A stretch of DNA of 64,000 bases from an uncultured delta proteobacterium (GCA_963755715.1 CAVWLW010000023.1:11396-75395), one strand, 5' to 3'. Shown: positions 50,747-62,532, counted from the stretch's first letter. Numbers and translations are program-made. Notes: a model not told the origin generated them from the sequence alone.

Positions 50747-51508
50747 TTAGCGCGCGGAGTCGTCAAATAGTCGTTCTAAAATTCCATGCGAATACGCGCT
50801 GGCTACTTGCCGAAGGAAGAGCGGGAAATCGTGGGTGGCGGATTCGTCGGCGGCGTCGGAGATTGTGCGCACGACCGTGAACGGGACGCTGTACTCGTGG
50901 CAGACCTGAGCGACGGCCGCGCTCTCCATGTCGACGGCAGCAACGGTCGGTAAGCGGAGGAGCAGATCGGCACGGTCGGCGCGATGTGCGAAAAATTTGT
51001 CGCCGCTGGCGATGTCTCCCTTGATGGCCTTGGGTGATTGGATATTGAACGCGGCCCGCGTGGCTTCGGAGACCGCTTTGGGCAGATCGTCGCGCAGGAA
51101 AGCCGCGGCAGCCTGAAGCAGTTGGTCACACCGTTTTTCGTCGCTGGCAAATGAACTACGGCCGAGCAGGGGAATCTCGTGACGCGGAAAGAGTGGGCGG
51201 GCATCCATGTCGTGCTGCCAGAGCCGAGCCCCAACGACGATGTCGCCGACTTTGAGCCCAGGCTGAGCCGCTCCCGCAACGCCGGTGAAGAGGATTTCGG
51301 TGACGCAGAAATCGGAAATAAGGTCCGTTGCCGTGGTGGCCGCAGCCACTTTGCCCCATCTCGAAAAGACGATGACCACGGGTGTACCCCAAAGATGACC
51401 CGAGTGATAGGTCCGCCGCCCGTCGTTGACAACTTCAGAGCCCGCGGGAAGCTCCCTCAAAAGCCTGTCGATCTCCTCCTGCATAGCGGCCATGATTCCA
51501 ATGGGCAT
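50747..51508 (-). CDS. mtnN: MTA/SAH nucleosidase
   Basis: IGIMAAMQEE, WGKVAAA, FTGVAG, IASGDKF, DMESAAVAQVC, RTISD. Confidence 0.9.
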   Translation of the reverse strand: MPIGIMAAMQEEIDRLLRELPAGSEVVNDGRRTYHSGHLWGTPVVIVFSRWGKVAAATTATDLISDFCVTEILFTGVAGAAQPGLKVGDIVVGARLWQHDMDARPLFPRHEIPLLGRSSFASDEKRCDQLLQAAAAFLRDDLPKAVSEATRAAFNIQSPKAIKGDIASGDKFFAHRADRADLLLRLPTVAAVDMESAAVAQVCHEYSVPFTVVRTISDAADESATHDFPLFLRQVASAYSHGILERLFDDSAR

Positions 51509-51699
51509 CGGGTTTCTCGTAGTTAACCCTTCCACGAGCCGTGATGGAAGTCGGCGGTCTGGTTTCTTTGTGTCTGGCGACTTGCCAGACGAACCGCTGA
51601 CTGTGTGTAGACCCAAGCAACTCCGAGGATTTCAGCACGACGCGCAGCTAGTCCTTGAGCTTGTTTGGGTCTCTTGGGAAGAGTTCTCGGCGGGTGCCC

Positions 51700-52149
51700 T
51701 CAGCGGCGCGTGGTGCGGATGTAGATCTCGATCTCCTCGTAGGTGAGCACGCCGTCCTTATCGCGATCGGCGGAATCGAAATCCTTGAAGAGGGCGTTGA
51801 CGTATTCTTGCAGGGAGAGCCGGCCGTCACCATCCCGGTCGGCCGCGCGGAAGCCCTCGGCGCTCAGCTCGGTCAGCTCCGCGATGACCAGGTAGCCGTC
51901 CTTGTCGCGATCGCGAAAGAAGAACGCCTCGACGATCACGCGGTGAAACTCCTCCCGGTCGAGCGTGTGGTCGCTGTTCCGATCATAGTTCTTGAAGATC
52001 TGGCCCAGGTCGGATGGCCCCGGCGCCTGGGCGGACGCTGAGAACGCGGCCATGACGACGAGGGACAGGACGGCGAGGCTCGCCCACCACCAGGGACGCG
52101 CGCCGGGCACGAGTCGGCGGACCATCTCAGCCCACCTTCCAGCTGCCAT
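51700..52149 (-). CDS. Secreted EF-hand protein
   Basis: DRNSDHTLDREE, DRDKDGYL, DRDGDGRLSLQE, DRDKDGVLTYEE. Confidence 0.85.
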   Translation of the reverse strand: MAAGRWAEMVRRLVPGARPWWWASLAVLSLVVMAAFSASAQAPGPSDLGQIFKNYDRNSDHTLDREEFHRVIVEAFFFRDRDKDGYLVIAELTELSAEGFRAADRDGDGRLSLQEYVNALFKDFDSADRDKDGVLTYEEIEIYIRTTRR

Positions 52150-52633
52150 CGGGCTGACGGCACGCCGTCCCGTACGACTGTTCCTGCTTGCCCCCGATGG
52201 TCACGGTCTGTTGATACTCGCGGCAGTAGGTCCCACCGGACTGGTACGTTCGGATGGGTGTCACGGAGCCGGAATGACCGCTGTCGGGGTTGTTCCACGC
52301 CACGCTCTGGCCCGACGGGGTCGTTTCCAGCGCGCGGTTTTGGCTTTGCGCCGCCATGCGCTTGTCTCGCTCGTCGAGCATGTTGCCCACGAGCCCACCG
52401 ACCAGGGCGCCTCCGACCACGCCCGCGGCGATGGCCGCACCCCCGCCTCCTGCGGCGCCCGCGATGAGGCCACCGAGCGCTGCCCCGCCCAGCCCCCCGA
52501 TCGCCGTCTTGGTGCCGACGTCGCCAGTGGCGCAGCCGGCGATCAGGACGAGGAGAACGGCAAGTGTGATGCCCTTGAACACCGGCGAGCGCGTTGGACC
52601 CGGCTGCGAATGCGCTTCGATCGTCTGTGTCAT
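52127..52633 (-). CDS. 17-kDa surface antigen-like glycine-zipper lipoprotein (RT0821/Lpp0805 family)
   Basis: Lipobox IAGC, glycine zipper, WNNPDSG, CREYQQTV.IGG...YGTACRQPDGSW. Confidence 0.9.
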   Translation of the reverse strand: MTQTIEAHSQPGPTRSPVFKGITLAVLLVLIAGCATGDVGTKTAIGGLGGAALGGLIAGAAGGGGAAIAAGVVGGALVGGLVGNMLDERDKRMAAQSQNRALETTPSGQSVAWNNPDSGHSGSVTPIRTYQSGGTYCREYQQTVTIGGKQEQSYGTACRQPDGSWKVG

Positions 52634-53012
52634 CGTGTGATGCGCCCTGCTCGAACGGATAGGATTTTTAAACGACCTTTTTTATAGCCCGGAGCTATAT
52701 CGCAGGACCGGGAGAGATGTCAAATTTTTCTGCCGTCGGCTTGCGTTGGCAAGCGGTTTTCGACTGTCAGATTGTCTGGAATAGATCGACTTGACGAGCT
52801 GAGCTTCCCTCACAGTCTCCGCTTTACAGGTTCATTCGCGACCTGAACAGGATCGCCAGCATGACCAGTCAGCCGAACAGATCAAAAAATATAAAAAGAG
52901 GTTCGGTGAGATCCCTGAAGCGGATTAGTACGAACCTTTGTCCGTGAGGCCGTGTATGAATGCGATTCATTCAGCCCGGTTGTCTCCAGATGTGACACTA
53001 ACCGTCTCATTA

Positions 53013-53447
53013 CTATTTTGATACAGTTACAGCCTGTCCAACGATACCGGCATAAAAGACGACGATTTCCGCGGGAACCGTTCCTTCATTAATTCCATAG
53101 TGGAGGGTGTTCACCACCTCAATTATGGGATCTCCTGCCTTCAAATGCAGCACGTTTCCGTCTGTGGTCTCGACGGTGAGTTGCCCGCTCATCAGCACGC
53201 CGGCCTTGATCGCCGGATGACTGTGAGTCTCGAGCCGTGCTCCCGCAGGTATACTGATCCTCCGAATTGTAATCTCGGGCTGACCTTGCGGGTACGGAGC
53301 CAATAAGTTCCCATCCCAACTCTTGCTACTCCTAACTAGTTCCTTGACGACGATAGCGCCGTAGTTAGCCTCCTCGCTCGCACAGCTAGACTGAATGAGA
53401 ACAATGACGGAAACGATTGCGAAAATTCGAACGGTTTCTCTTGTCAT
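53013..53447 (-). CDS. Cupin domain protein (exported)
   Basis: SWDG...YPQGQPEIT, HSHP, EVVNTLHYG. Confidence 0.85.
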   Translation of the reverse strand: MTRETVRIFAIVSVIVLIQSSCASEEANYGAIVVKELVRSSKSWDGNLLAPYPQGQPEITIRRISIPAGARLETHSHPAIKAGVLMSGQLTVETTDGNVLHLKAGDPIIEVVNTLHYGINEGTVPAEIVVFYAGIVGQAVTVSK

Positions 53448-53916
53448 CGAATTGCCTCTTAACGTTATGTAGATGGTTCACACTTTGCCCGCCCGCAACC
53501 GGATCACTTTGAGCGCCTTCTGGGGGGGCCGGATCGACCGCGTATGCCTGCCATGGGCTCCAGAACAGCGGACATACGCCCTTTTTGCCTGTGAATTGGC
53601 GGGATTCGATTTCTCAGACGTGAATTGATCCGTATTTGGCCAGGTTTTTGTTCTGGCAAAGCCATGGCAAAGTGGAAAAATTCATGTGTCATATCTTCTA
53701 CTCACACGCGCTACGAGAATTGACAATCCTCGTGTCGGGTCTTCTTTGTTTGGGGATCCTGGCGGTCCCGCTCTCAGATCCGGAGGCGATTCGAATATCG
53801 GAAAAAGAATTCACGCTGATCACGCCGACTCTGGAATCGCTGTGCGAGCAGATTCAGCGTGCTCAAGAGTAGGGTTCACATATGCGCTGGATTTCGAATA
53901 AGGCAGTATCGGCGCT

Positions 53917-55929
53917 CTAGAACCCGGCTCGATATTCGGGGGAGTTAAGAAATCCATCAATCACGGACGGGAGCGACGCTCCTGAGCTCAATACTCCAAC
54001 CCAAGCAGAAAAGCTCCCTGGGTCAGGGTCCCGCTGCAGCATGTCAAAATACAAAAGCGAGATATCGACTCGGTTCTGACTTACAAACAGCCCCTGAAAC
54101 TCTTCCGAATCCAACAAACTCAACGCCACCTGAGCCTTAGTCAATTGGCCGTTGTTTAGTGCCCCAACCCAGACATTAAGTTCCCCGGGATCAGATGAGC
54201 GCAGCAAGACGTTATTGTACATCCTCTCGACAAACTGCCCGTTGGTGAGATTGCTGCCAAACCTGGATTGAAATTCGCCCGAGTCGAAAAACACCTGCAC
54301 GATCTGCTCCCGTGGTAGCCCGCCAAGCAAGGCCCCCAACCAACTCCGAAATCCAGCGTAATCAGCATCCCGAGTCAAAATCCCCAAGTAAGTCTGTGCA
54401 ATGAACTTTCCCTCAAAGCGAAATTCTCCGGAATTCATGAACGCTTCAATCAAATCGGCCTTCGCTAACCCGTTGTCCAGTGCACTCACCCAGGCAGAAA
54501 CTTCCCCAGCGCCGGGCTCCCGATCCAAAAAATCGATATACTGCTGAAACACGAAAGTCGTATTCTTGCCGATGACGGCACTAGCTTCGTAGGCACCGAT
54601 GTCGCATCCGGCGGTGCCGTCGTTATTGCCGTCAGCCGGTCGGAGAAAACCCCGCTGATCGGTCTGCAAAAGCACCCCTGCATTGTCCCGGCAGCCGTTA
54701 GGATTGCCCGCATCGATCGCCGGACTGCCGGCGACGAGAGCGTGTGTCTGAGTGGGGCCGCCGTTGTTTTGTAGAGGGCCGAGGATATTCGCTAGCGGAA
54801 CACTGGGCACGATGTCGGTGGGTCCGGGTGCGAAGCCGGTGACACCGGAATTGCCATTAGAGCCAAACAAATTGAAGTTGTTTGCGTTGATGGTGTTGGG
54901 AGCGCAACCGAAACGGCGCGGACAATCTGTTACGTTTTGTATTTCAGGCGCGACCGCCGCCTGATTGCCAACGATCAAGCTATTGTTGAGAGACAGGTTT
55001 GAATTACCATTAGTATAGAAGCCGCAATAAGGACCGTTAGATACGCCACCGCCCTGGTTGGCGATATTTCCTGAGATAGTGCTGTTGTTAATCATGAAGC
55101 TGGATCCGTACGGCCCACTGCAGTTAATTATGCCACCGCCAGTGCTGGCTGTATTACCTGAAATCGTGCTGTTACTGATCGTGACAAGACCACCGTAATT
55201 TGACACGCCGCCGCCGGCCGTATTGCCCCAGATCGTGCTGTTTTCGATAGCAAGATTGCCGAAATTATGTACACCGCCTCCGGTATTACCCGAGATGGTG
55301 CTGTTTTTGATACTGAGATCGTTACCGTTAGACACACCGCCGAAAAGAGATCCTCCACTCAGGGTCGCGTTTTGAAGCGTCAGGTTCCCGGGAAACCTCA
55401 CGGCTATTAGCCCGAACGGAGGCGCGCTCGGTGCGCGAGCAATCGTGGCGCCATTACCTTCAATGGTAACGGGACTAGTAATCAGAGGTAGACCGAGAGG
55501 GTCGCCGAATTGGCCGTACCTAAGACCATTTACAGTGCTGAGTATAACATTGGCACTTGCCGGCAGTACAATCGTATCGGCGCCATTACCCGCCGGGCAG
55601 TCAGGAAACGTGGCAGCATCGTTGTTCGCATTGAAGATGGCTTCGATCGAGCGACACTGTCCGTCGGCTGCGATATCTGAATTGGTTGTCGTAACTGTGA
55701 TTATAGCCGCTGCTCCCACTCCTTGTCCGAGTGCCAGCAGTAAAGCGGCACCGCCAAGCGACCAAGCCATCTTACGCTGTAATCGTCGTCCACGTTGCTG
55801 AAAGTATTCGGGCAGGGTCGCGGTTAGCGCACTAGAGCGTGCAAGACGTCGCTGAAGGCTTCGCCGCGCACTGCGGGGCAAAGAACGGAGGTCCGCATAA
55901 GTTTTCGGCAAAACGCGCAAATAGCTCAT
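53917..55929 (-). CDS. Secreted beta-helix / choice-of-anchor Q protein with C-terminal DUF4214 repeats
   Basis: NSTISGN repeats, LQNNGGPTQTHAL..GSPAID, CDIGAYE, repeated SGEF/SEEF/SPEY units. Confidence 0.8.
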   Translation of the reverse strand: MSYLRVLPKTYADLRSLPRSARRSLQRRLARSSALTATLPEYFQQRGRRLQRKMAWSLGGAALLLALGQGVGAAAIITVTTTNSDIAADGQCRSIEAIFNANNDAATFPDCPAGNGADTIVLPASANVILSTVNGLRYGQFGDPLGLPLITSPVTIEGNGATIARAPSAPPFGLIAVRFPGNLTLQNATLSGGSLFGGVSNGNDLSIKNSTISGNTGGGVHNFGNLAIENSTIWGNTAGGGVSNYGGLVTISNSTISGNTASTGGGIINCSGPYGSSFMINNSTISGNIANQGGGVSNGPYCGFYTNGNSNLSLNNSLIVGNQAAVAPEIQNVTDCPRRFGCAPNTINANNFNLFGSNGNSGVTGFAPGPTDIVPSVPLANILGPLQNNGGPTQTHALVAGSPAIDAGNPNGCRDNAGVLLQTDQRGFLRPADGNNDGTAGCDIGAYEASAVIGKNTTFVFQQYIDFLDREPGAGEVSAWVSALDNGLAKADLIEAFMNSGEFRFEGKFIAQTYLGILTRDADYAGFRSWLGALLGGLPREQIVQVFFDSGEFQSRFGSNLTNGQFVERMYNNVLLRSSDPGELNVWVGALNNGQLTKAQVALSLLDSEEFQGLFVSQNRVDISLLYFDMLQRDPDPGSFSAWVGVLSSGASLPSVIDGFLNSPEYRAGF

Positions 55930-56259
55930 TGCCGTATTGCAGCGCCTCGTTGCGGCACAGACTCTTAGTTACGTATTTCCGCTGAGCTTCCCAAGCCACG
56001 GTAATGCTTCTGTCGGAATAAGACGAATGCGAATCGAGGTAGTTGACATCGTCTATCCTCCGATGCTCGGACCAAGAATATTGGAGAGAGGCAGAAGAAA
56101 TTGATAACGGTGGATGGCACGAGCGATGGACTCGGAAACCTCCCCAGACTCGACGGGCCCACCCGGGCTTCCGCGCAAGTCGAGGTGAGAATCAACCAGG
56201 CGAGCAGAGCCACGAGGCGCATCAGATCTCCCTGAGGCAGAAACATCGGGTTTCGAGAC

Positions 56260-58453
56260 CTAGCGGATGAAGTTCAGGTCCTCCGGAAGCGGACTGCTGA
56301 TCGGAACCTCAAAGAACTGTGCGGGCTCGGGATGAATGACGACAGTGCCGTCAGAGGCCAGGAAGGCACCGATCTGATCCTGCGCTCCTCGCGAGATCTC
56401 ACTAAACAGCGCGTTCGGAGCAGTCGGCGAACCGGCGAACAGATGAGGATTCTTGGGCATCGTGGGACGGATCCTGCGCGAACGCCAGATCGTGGCGGTA
56501 GTAAAGCGTCCGATCCGCCAGGTTTCCCGCGCGAATGAGCGCCGTGGTGCCTGGATTGACTGCCTGCTGATCGCCTTTGCGAACTGATAGATAACGGACT
56601 TGGGATAAAGCCCTGGTAAAGGCTTCTTCGCGAAGGTGGCGCGCCCACACCACCGGTGTGAGACCTGACTCCGATACCATTTCAGAAAATTCCAAAGCAT
56701 TCTGGATCTCGATCGCACCTGGAATGGTGTTGATGACGGCCGGCTGGTCCGCAGCGGCTTGTTCTCGTTGAAATAGGGCACCCTCGACGGGGACGCCGTC
56801 GATCTCGGTCAGCCCTGGTGAGTTGATCAGCGACGGCATTCGCGGACTGGAGGCCGACTCCGATCTGCGGCCGGCGGCCCGGTTGCCATCGCGCGTGCTC
56901 GGGAATCACGCCGGGCGATGCGGCGACGACGCCGACACGGCACGCTCGGGTCGAGAGCCATAGAAAATCGTGCCGATCATCGAGCCCGCAGAGGCCCGAC
57001 GAAATAGATGCGCGATGGATCGATATCGGCGATGGTGTCCCCGTCGACGTCCATTCCGACCTCGATGACGCGCACGAGCTGCATCAGATCGATCACCGTC
57101 TGGCGGTGGGAATCGCGCGGAGGAGATCGTCCAGGCCAGGGGGGGGCGGCGTCGCTCCCTTCTGTGATTCGTGATGACGTTGTCGCCGTTCTGATCGATC
57201 GCCCGGCCCGCATCGGGGATGGTCAGGGACTGAACCATCTGTCATGTTCAAGGTGAGCGTGCCGAGCGGTCCCAAACCCTGTCCGACGTGGTTGATTCCG
57301 ATCGTGGCGATACCGTTGGCAGCCAGCTTGGACGCGAAGTTGCCGGACGTGAAATGCTGGTTGCGCTCGCGCCGCCCCGATCAGGGCGATCGGCCAGCCT
57401 TTTTCCGGCCTGGGCCGGATGGCAGAAACAGGGTGAAGTAGATGTTGTTAAAGCCTTGCACGACGGGGTCCCGGTGCGCGTTCCGACCGCGGGATGTATT
57501 CGCCCGGATGAACGTGTAGTCGGGTGAAACGAAGACCCATAGCCGATCGTCCCCATAGCCCCCGGCGATGTAGCGAAGAACCGCGAGGTGATGGGGATTT
57601 CGGTGAAGCCAGCGGGGTTCACTCGGGTCTGCTGGCTCCAGACGAGCTCGCCACGTCCGCCAGATTGAAAACCGCGCGTTCACCCGTCGGCCCAGCAGGA
57701 AGTCGGCGGGGTCCGGCGTCCCATCCTTGATTTGATCGCGGATTCTCTCCATGACCGACGTGATGCTCCGCGTCGTGAAGACACTCGCGGCCACTATGTC
57801 GCGCTCTTGAACGCCGAGGCGACGTGCCGCGGCTGAATAGCCTCGAGCAGCGCCTGCTTGTACACTCCTCTGACCGTCTGCCGAAGCCGGCGAAAGCTCT
57901 CGGTCGCCTCGACAGGCCTTCCTTTGATATCTCGCAGTCGATTGGTGACGATGAGCGCGTAGCGCGTGTGTTAGCGTGAGCAGTTCGTCCGTCTCGACGT
58001 GCAGCGTGTCCGTAAAAGTATCCCACACGATTTGATTGATGCCGATAACCGTGCCGGGCGGATCACCCGTCGGCGATCGTGTACCAAGACTGATGAGAAA
58101 CACGGTATCAGACGTAGCCGTATTTACATCAATCGAGCCGTTGAACGGGATCGAAAGGCGAGTTTGCAGGCCAAACCCATCCAACGTATTGACCACGCCT
58201 AGATCTTCGCAGTCGGACACGCGAATTGTGCAGTCAGGGTACGGCAGGTTCACCCTGCGTCCCGTGTTTTGCGTGCGATCGGCAACCGTGAAGATGTCGG
58301 TGGGGAAGGGTCCCGTTTCGGGATGGTGAAGATTAAAGAGGGCGTGAACGGTGTGGTCAGGTTTGGCTGCGGTGGCGCCTTATGTACACGCCAGAGTGAA
58401 GACGAGGCAAACAACGAAAACGCCACCCATACTAATTCGCTGGATAGAGACAT
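56260..58453 (-). pseudogene. Large secreted Ig-like / lipase-type alpha-beta hydrolase gene with many frameshifts
   Basis: Fragments NTLDGFG, ASVFTT, RQTVIDLMQLVRVI, DPSRIYFVG.S.G, QFAK, AQDQIGAFLASDG in at least six overlapping ORFs. Confidence 0.65.
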
Positions 58454-58956
58454 TCGTTCTGATTATTTTGTATACGGCTGAGCTGTTTCATTGGATCTCC
58501 TTGGGGTGCTTGGTTGGTAGAGGCCACTAATCATTTCTTTTGCAACCGGAGTTGCACCTCCAACGCTCGACAGAAATTTGATGGTGATCGCTCCGAAAGG
58601 CGATTAAGTTGCAGCACGAATTATCGACCCCTGGGCAAATTGCCTTTGACTACTCTGCGTCGATCAATAGTCCCAGCAGCCTCGGCACGAAGGATCGGCG
58701 GATGGAGCGATATACCATGCCCCGTTTCGGTACAGCGCCGGATCTGCTTTTCCATCGCCGTCATAGTCCGCCGGCACTGGAATATCGTGAGCTGCTCCGC
58801 CCCAATCCGCTGACACCTCCATCCCATCGGATGACCCGAATGATAAGAGTTACCCGCAAACTTGATTGAGAATCAATTTCGTTTCCGTTCCTCTCGTCGC
58901 CAGCCTTCGTATCTCTCAAGACCTGAGCGCCGCGCTCGCCCAGGTCGCGTCTCGCG

Positions 58957-59427
58957 TCACACTCCCGGGCACGTGCCAGGGTCCGGGTCGAAGTCGATTC
59001 TTGGGGAGTCGCCCTGAGGTACATGTGGGAAGGTGACGAAAAGGATATACGGGATCGTGCCCGTATTGATGACCTGGTCCACCTCCCCTGGTCGCTCGAT
59101 GAACGCCTCCCCGGCGCTGTACGTTTCAATCTCGCACTGGCTGCCAATCGACCGGTAAACCGTGAGCGAGCCCTGCTTTACGACCACGATCGCGCCTCCC
59201 GGATGGGAGTGCCAGCCGGAAGAGCCGCCCACATCAACCATGATCTGCGCCATGGCGACGTCTGTTCCGACTTGAAGCGGGATGGTCCCATGAGAGACGT
59301 TCGTTCCACGCGCCAACGGGATGTTCGTCAGTTCTGACGGCGGGGTGGCATGCGCCCTGATCACCGCCACGCCCGCTAATGCCACAAAGGCCGTCGCGAA
59401 TATCGTTTGACTAAGCTTCCGCTTCAT
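58957..59427 (-). CDS. Secreted cupin domain protein
   Basis: AAGGAGG RBS, signal peptide, GGSSGWHSHPG..V.V..G.L. Confidence 0.85.
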   Translation of the reverse strand: MKRKLSQTIFATAFVALAGVAVIRAHATPPSELTNIPLARGTNVSHGTIPLQVGTDVAMAQIMVDVGGSSGWHSHPGGAIVVVKQGSLTVYRSIGSQCEIETYSAGEAFIERPGEVDQVINTGTIPYILFVTFPHVPQGDSPRIDFDPDPGTCPGV

Positions 59428-59557
59428 ATCTACCTCCTTAGGGAAACTCTGATCACGCACTGCCCTTGTACGGTGTTGTGCGTGTGTTCAGTCGGTCTTG
59501 GTCAACTGTTTCTTCCGATTGGGGTGCGGTCTGTGTCATCATCGCGATGACGTGTTG

Positions 59558-59574
59558 AGCAACCGCAATGCCAG
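59558..59574 (-). promoter_or_regulatory. Sigma54 (-24/-12) promoter for the cupin gene
   Basis: Minus strand CTGGCATTGCGGTTGCT = GG-N10-GC. Confidence 0.6.
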
Positions 59575-59777
59575 CGACTAACTGCCGCCTAAGTCATTGA
59601 GTAAATGAGGCAGTGAAAAAGAAAAGTACTCGCTGAACGCTTAATGAGGATGTCTTTTGCGCCACCCCCGGTGTGCTAAAAGCCATGCTCGTTATAAGAT
59701 TAAGGTCAAAACACCAAAATGCTCCTGAAATTAGTTGCTCATTCCAGGTGTTTCGCGAAAACTTTTGACTTCGTGGT

Positions 59778-59793
59778 TGGCATTCTCATTGCC
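59778..59793 (+). promoter_or_regulatory. Sigma54 (-24/-12) promoter for the ABC substrate-binding gene
   Basis: TGGCATTCTCATTGCC = GG-N10-GC. Confidence 0.55.
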
Positions 59794-59891
59794 AGGGAAT
59801 AGGAGTTGGGTAAAGGTACTCCCATCTTCTGATCTCAAGTAAGAGTGTGAGCGAGCAAAAAGCAGTGAATGGCAAAGACCTAGGAAATCCC

Positions 59892-60236
59892 GTGCGTAAA
59901 AGAGTTATTCGCCTGGCTCTAAGCACTCTGCTCTTGAGTCTTAGCTTTGGCGCAGAAGCGGAACAGCCGGAAAAAGTTCTCCGGATAGGAGTTCTGGTCG
60001 CACCGTCAGCGTCCTACATTTCGTACAGGATTGGAGCATTTCGTCAACGACTGCGCGAGCTTGGCTATGTCGAAGGAAAAAACGTGGCCATTGAGTACCG
60101 ATATGCGGAAGGAAAACTCGATCGGCTACCAGACCTTGCAGCCGAACTAGTCGGGCTTAAAGTTGACGTCATCGTTACCGTCGGCCCCGCCAGTAGAATT
60201 GCTATGAAAGCGACCTCAGCGATTCCCATCGTAACC
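59892..60236 (+). pseudogene. ABC substrate-binding protein (COG2984-like), truncated
   Basis: AFRQRLRELGYVEGKNVAIEYRYAEGKLDRLPDLAAELV.LKVDVIV...AT..IPIV, after which similarity ends. Confidence 0.8.
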
Positions 60237-60335
60237 GAAGCGAATGGCGCGACCTCACCCTGCATTAATGCCGCCTCTGGTTCCATCTCGACGCCTCCGG
60301 TCATAGCGAAGGGGGTAGCGGCCCAGCCCGACTTA

Positions 60336-61652
60336 GGACTCGTTAAGAAATAACGTTTACTTTTGGTCTGCGGGCTGTCATGCTCGTGGTATGGCTGGGG
60401 CCGTGCAGTCCGAGGAGGCGTTGGCGGCGAAGTTCGCCGCGCTGCTGCCGCATCTGGACGAGCGGCAGCGGCGGCTGGTGATGGGCGCGGAAGCGCGGGC
60501 GCTGGGCCATGGCGGGATCAAGGCGGTGGCGCGTGCGGCCGGGACCAGCGCGGTGACGGTGTCTCGGGGCGTGGACGAGCTCGAGGCGGGCGGAAAACCG
60601 TTGGGGCGCACGCGCAAACCCGGTGGTGGCCGCAAGCCGGCGACGCAGACCGATCCGGGTTTGGGTGCGGCCCTGCTGGCGTTGGTGGAACCGGGGTCGC
60701 GGGGTGATCCGGAATCGCCGCTGCGGTGGACGACGAAGTCGGTGCGTCGGCTGCAGACGGAGCTGGCCGCCGCCGGGCACCGGGTGTCGGCGCCCACGGT
60801 GGCCAAGCTGCTCAAGGCCGAGGGGTTCAGCCTGCAGGCCAACGCCAAGACGATCGAGGGCGCCCAGCACCCCGATCGCGACGCCCAGTTCCGCTACCTC
60901 AACGACCAGGCCCGCGACCACATCGGCAGCCGGCGACCCGGTGATCAGCGTGGACACCAAGAAGAAGGAGCTGGTCGGCCAGTTCAAAAACGGTGGGCGG
61001 GAATGGCATCCGCGCGGCGAGCCGGAGCGGGTCAACGTGCACGACTTCATGGACAAGCAGCTGGGCAAGGCGATCCCGTACGGCGTCTACGACGTGGCCG
61101 CCGACGCCGGCTGGGTCAGCGTCGGCACCGACCACGACACCGCCGAGTTCGCCGTCGCCACCATCGCGACCTGGTGGCGCAAGGCGGGATCAGCCGCCTA
61201 CCCGGACGCGTCCCGGCTGCTGATCACCGCCGACGGCGGCGGCTCCAACGGCTACCGCACCCGGCTGTGGAAGATCGAGCTGGCCCGCCTCGCCGACGAG
61301 ACCGGGCTGACCATCACCGTGTGCCACCTGCCGCCCGGCACCAGCAAATGGAACAAGATCGAGCACCGGCTGTTCTCCCACATCTCGATGAACTGGCGCG
61401 GACGGCCCCTGACCAGCCACGAAGTCGTCGTCAACACCATCGCCGCGACCACCACCCGCACCGGGCTGACCGTCGCCGCCGAACTCGACACCGCGAACTA
61501 CCCCAAGGGCATCAAGATCACCGACCAGCAGATGCGCGACCTCGAACGCACCGCCCTGCGCCGCCACGACTTCCACGGCGAATGGAACTACAGCCTCACA
61601 CCGGGCCGGTCAGACCCACCCTGAAATCAGCGTGTTATTAATTAACAGGTCC
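60336..61652 (+). mobile_element. ISAzo13 family insertion sequence
   Basis: Imperfect TIRs GGACTCGTTAAGAAATAAC and GTTATTAATTAACAGGTCC, TTA duplicated on both sides. Confidence 0.85.
60391..61624 (+). CDS. ISAzo13 DDE transposase (frameshift near 60930)
   Basis: LDERQRRL, GDPESPLRWT.KS, HPDRDAQF, ISVDTKKKE, ADGGGSN, PPGTSKWNKIEHRLF. Confidence 0.9.
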
Positions 61653-61733
61653 TTAGGCCGAAGTTTCCCCCGCTAAGTGGGGTCTGAATCCCCGATGCGC
61701 TTTGTGAGCAGGTGTTCTGTGTGAGGAGCCAAC

Positions 61734-62003
61734 ATGGCAAGGACCTACACGGTTGTAGCAGGTGAGACCTTGTCCGCCATCGCCTTTCGGTTCTACGGCG
61801 ACGCGAACCTCTATTCGCTTATCGCGACCGTAAATGGCATAGCTGATCCGAACGTGATCCGAGTGGGACAGGTGCTGACAATTCCCGATCTCCCAGGCCA
61901 CCCCCAGTCGATGAAATTGCACCCCGTGGTTGACGCCTTTGCTTGCGTCAACATTCCATCGCCGAACCGCGTCCAAAACAAGCCTCTTACCTGGGTATAC
62001 TGA
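61734..62003 (+). CDS. LysM domain protein
   Basis: GAGGAG RBS; [17 protein letters not shown]...IA..NGIADPN.I.VGQVL.IP. Confidence 0.85.
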   Translation: MARTYTVVAGETLSAIAFRFYGDANLYSLIATVNGIADPNVIRVGQVLTIPDLPGHPQSMKLHPVVDAFACVNIPSPNRVQNKPLTWVY

Positions 62004-62532
62004 CTGCTGGATTGCGGACGGGCGGCAATGGAAATGTACGCAGTGCGCCCATACCCGCCGATATGGCGACTTCAACTCCACCCTGTTCTGGGGAGCCTTG
62101 ATCTTCCTAGCCCTGTTCCTGTCCTGTTTCCTCGCGTGGAAAGGGATCGAATGGCTACGCAAACGGCGAAAGGTCGATGATGCAGCGGCCAAGGGAGGGC
62201 ACCATAAGGACCCGAGGAGGGGATCCCTGGGTCCATTCGATTTCAAGAGCGTTGGCAGGTCATGATGGCGCTGCCCTCGGACAGGAGCCGCCAATTACGG
62301 GGGCCGGCATGAACCAGCGCGAGCAGGAGGAGATCTTCTCGGCCGCGCGGAAGGCACGCAAAGTATAATGCAGCGCCAGCGGACGGCGCGTGAGCAAGCG
62401 CAGAAGACGCAGAGCGACTCATAGGCTGGTAGGCATGCTGGGCGAACTGGTACAGACCACGGCCGGGAAGTGGATCACCCACCCACCTAGCCGCTGCCCC
62501 GAACCGGCACAGCCTCGGCCCCGTACCAAGTC

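Noticed and set aside
50714-50752. Minus-strand attC remnant after mtnN
   Set aside because: Too short, and the R'' box does not end in AAC
53500-53910. Short ORFs between the cupin and DUF4214 genes
   Set aside because: No recognisable domain or RBS; cannot be supported
58514-58900. Overlapping short ORFs upstream of the hydrolase pseudogene
   Set aside because: No motif in any frame; probably intergenic or decayed DNA
60925-60940. Programmed frameshift in the ISAzo13 transposase
   Set aside because: No slippery A-run at the junction, and the contig has many other indels
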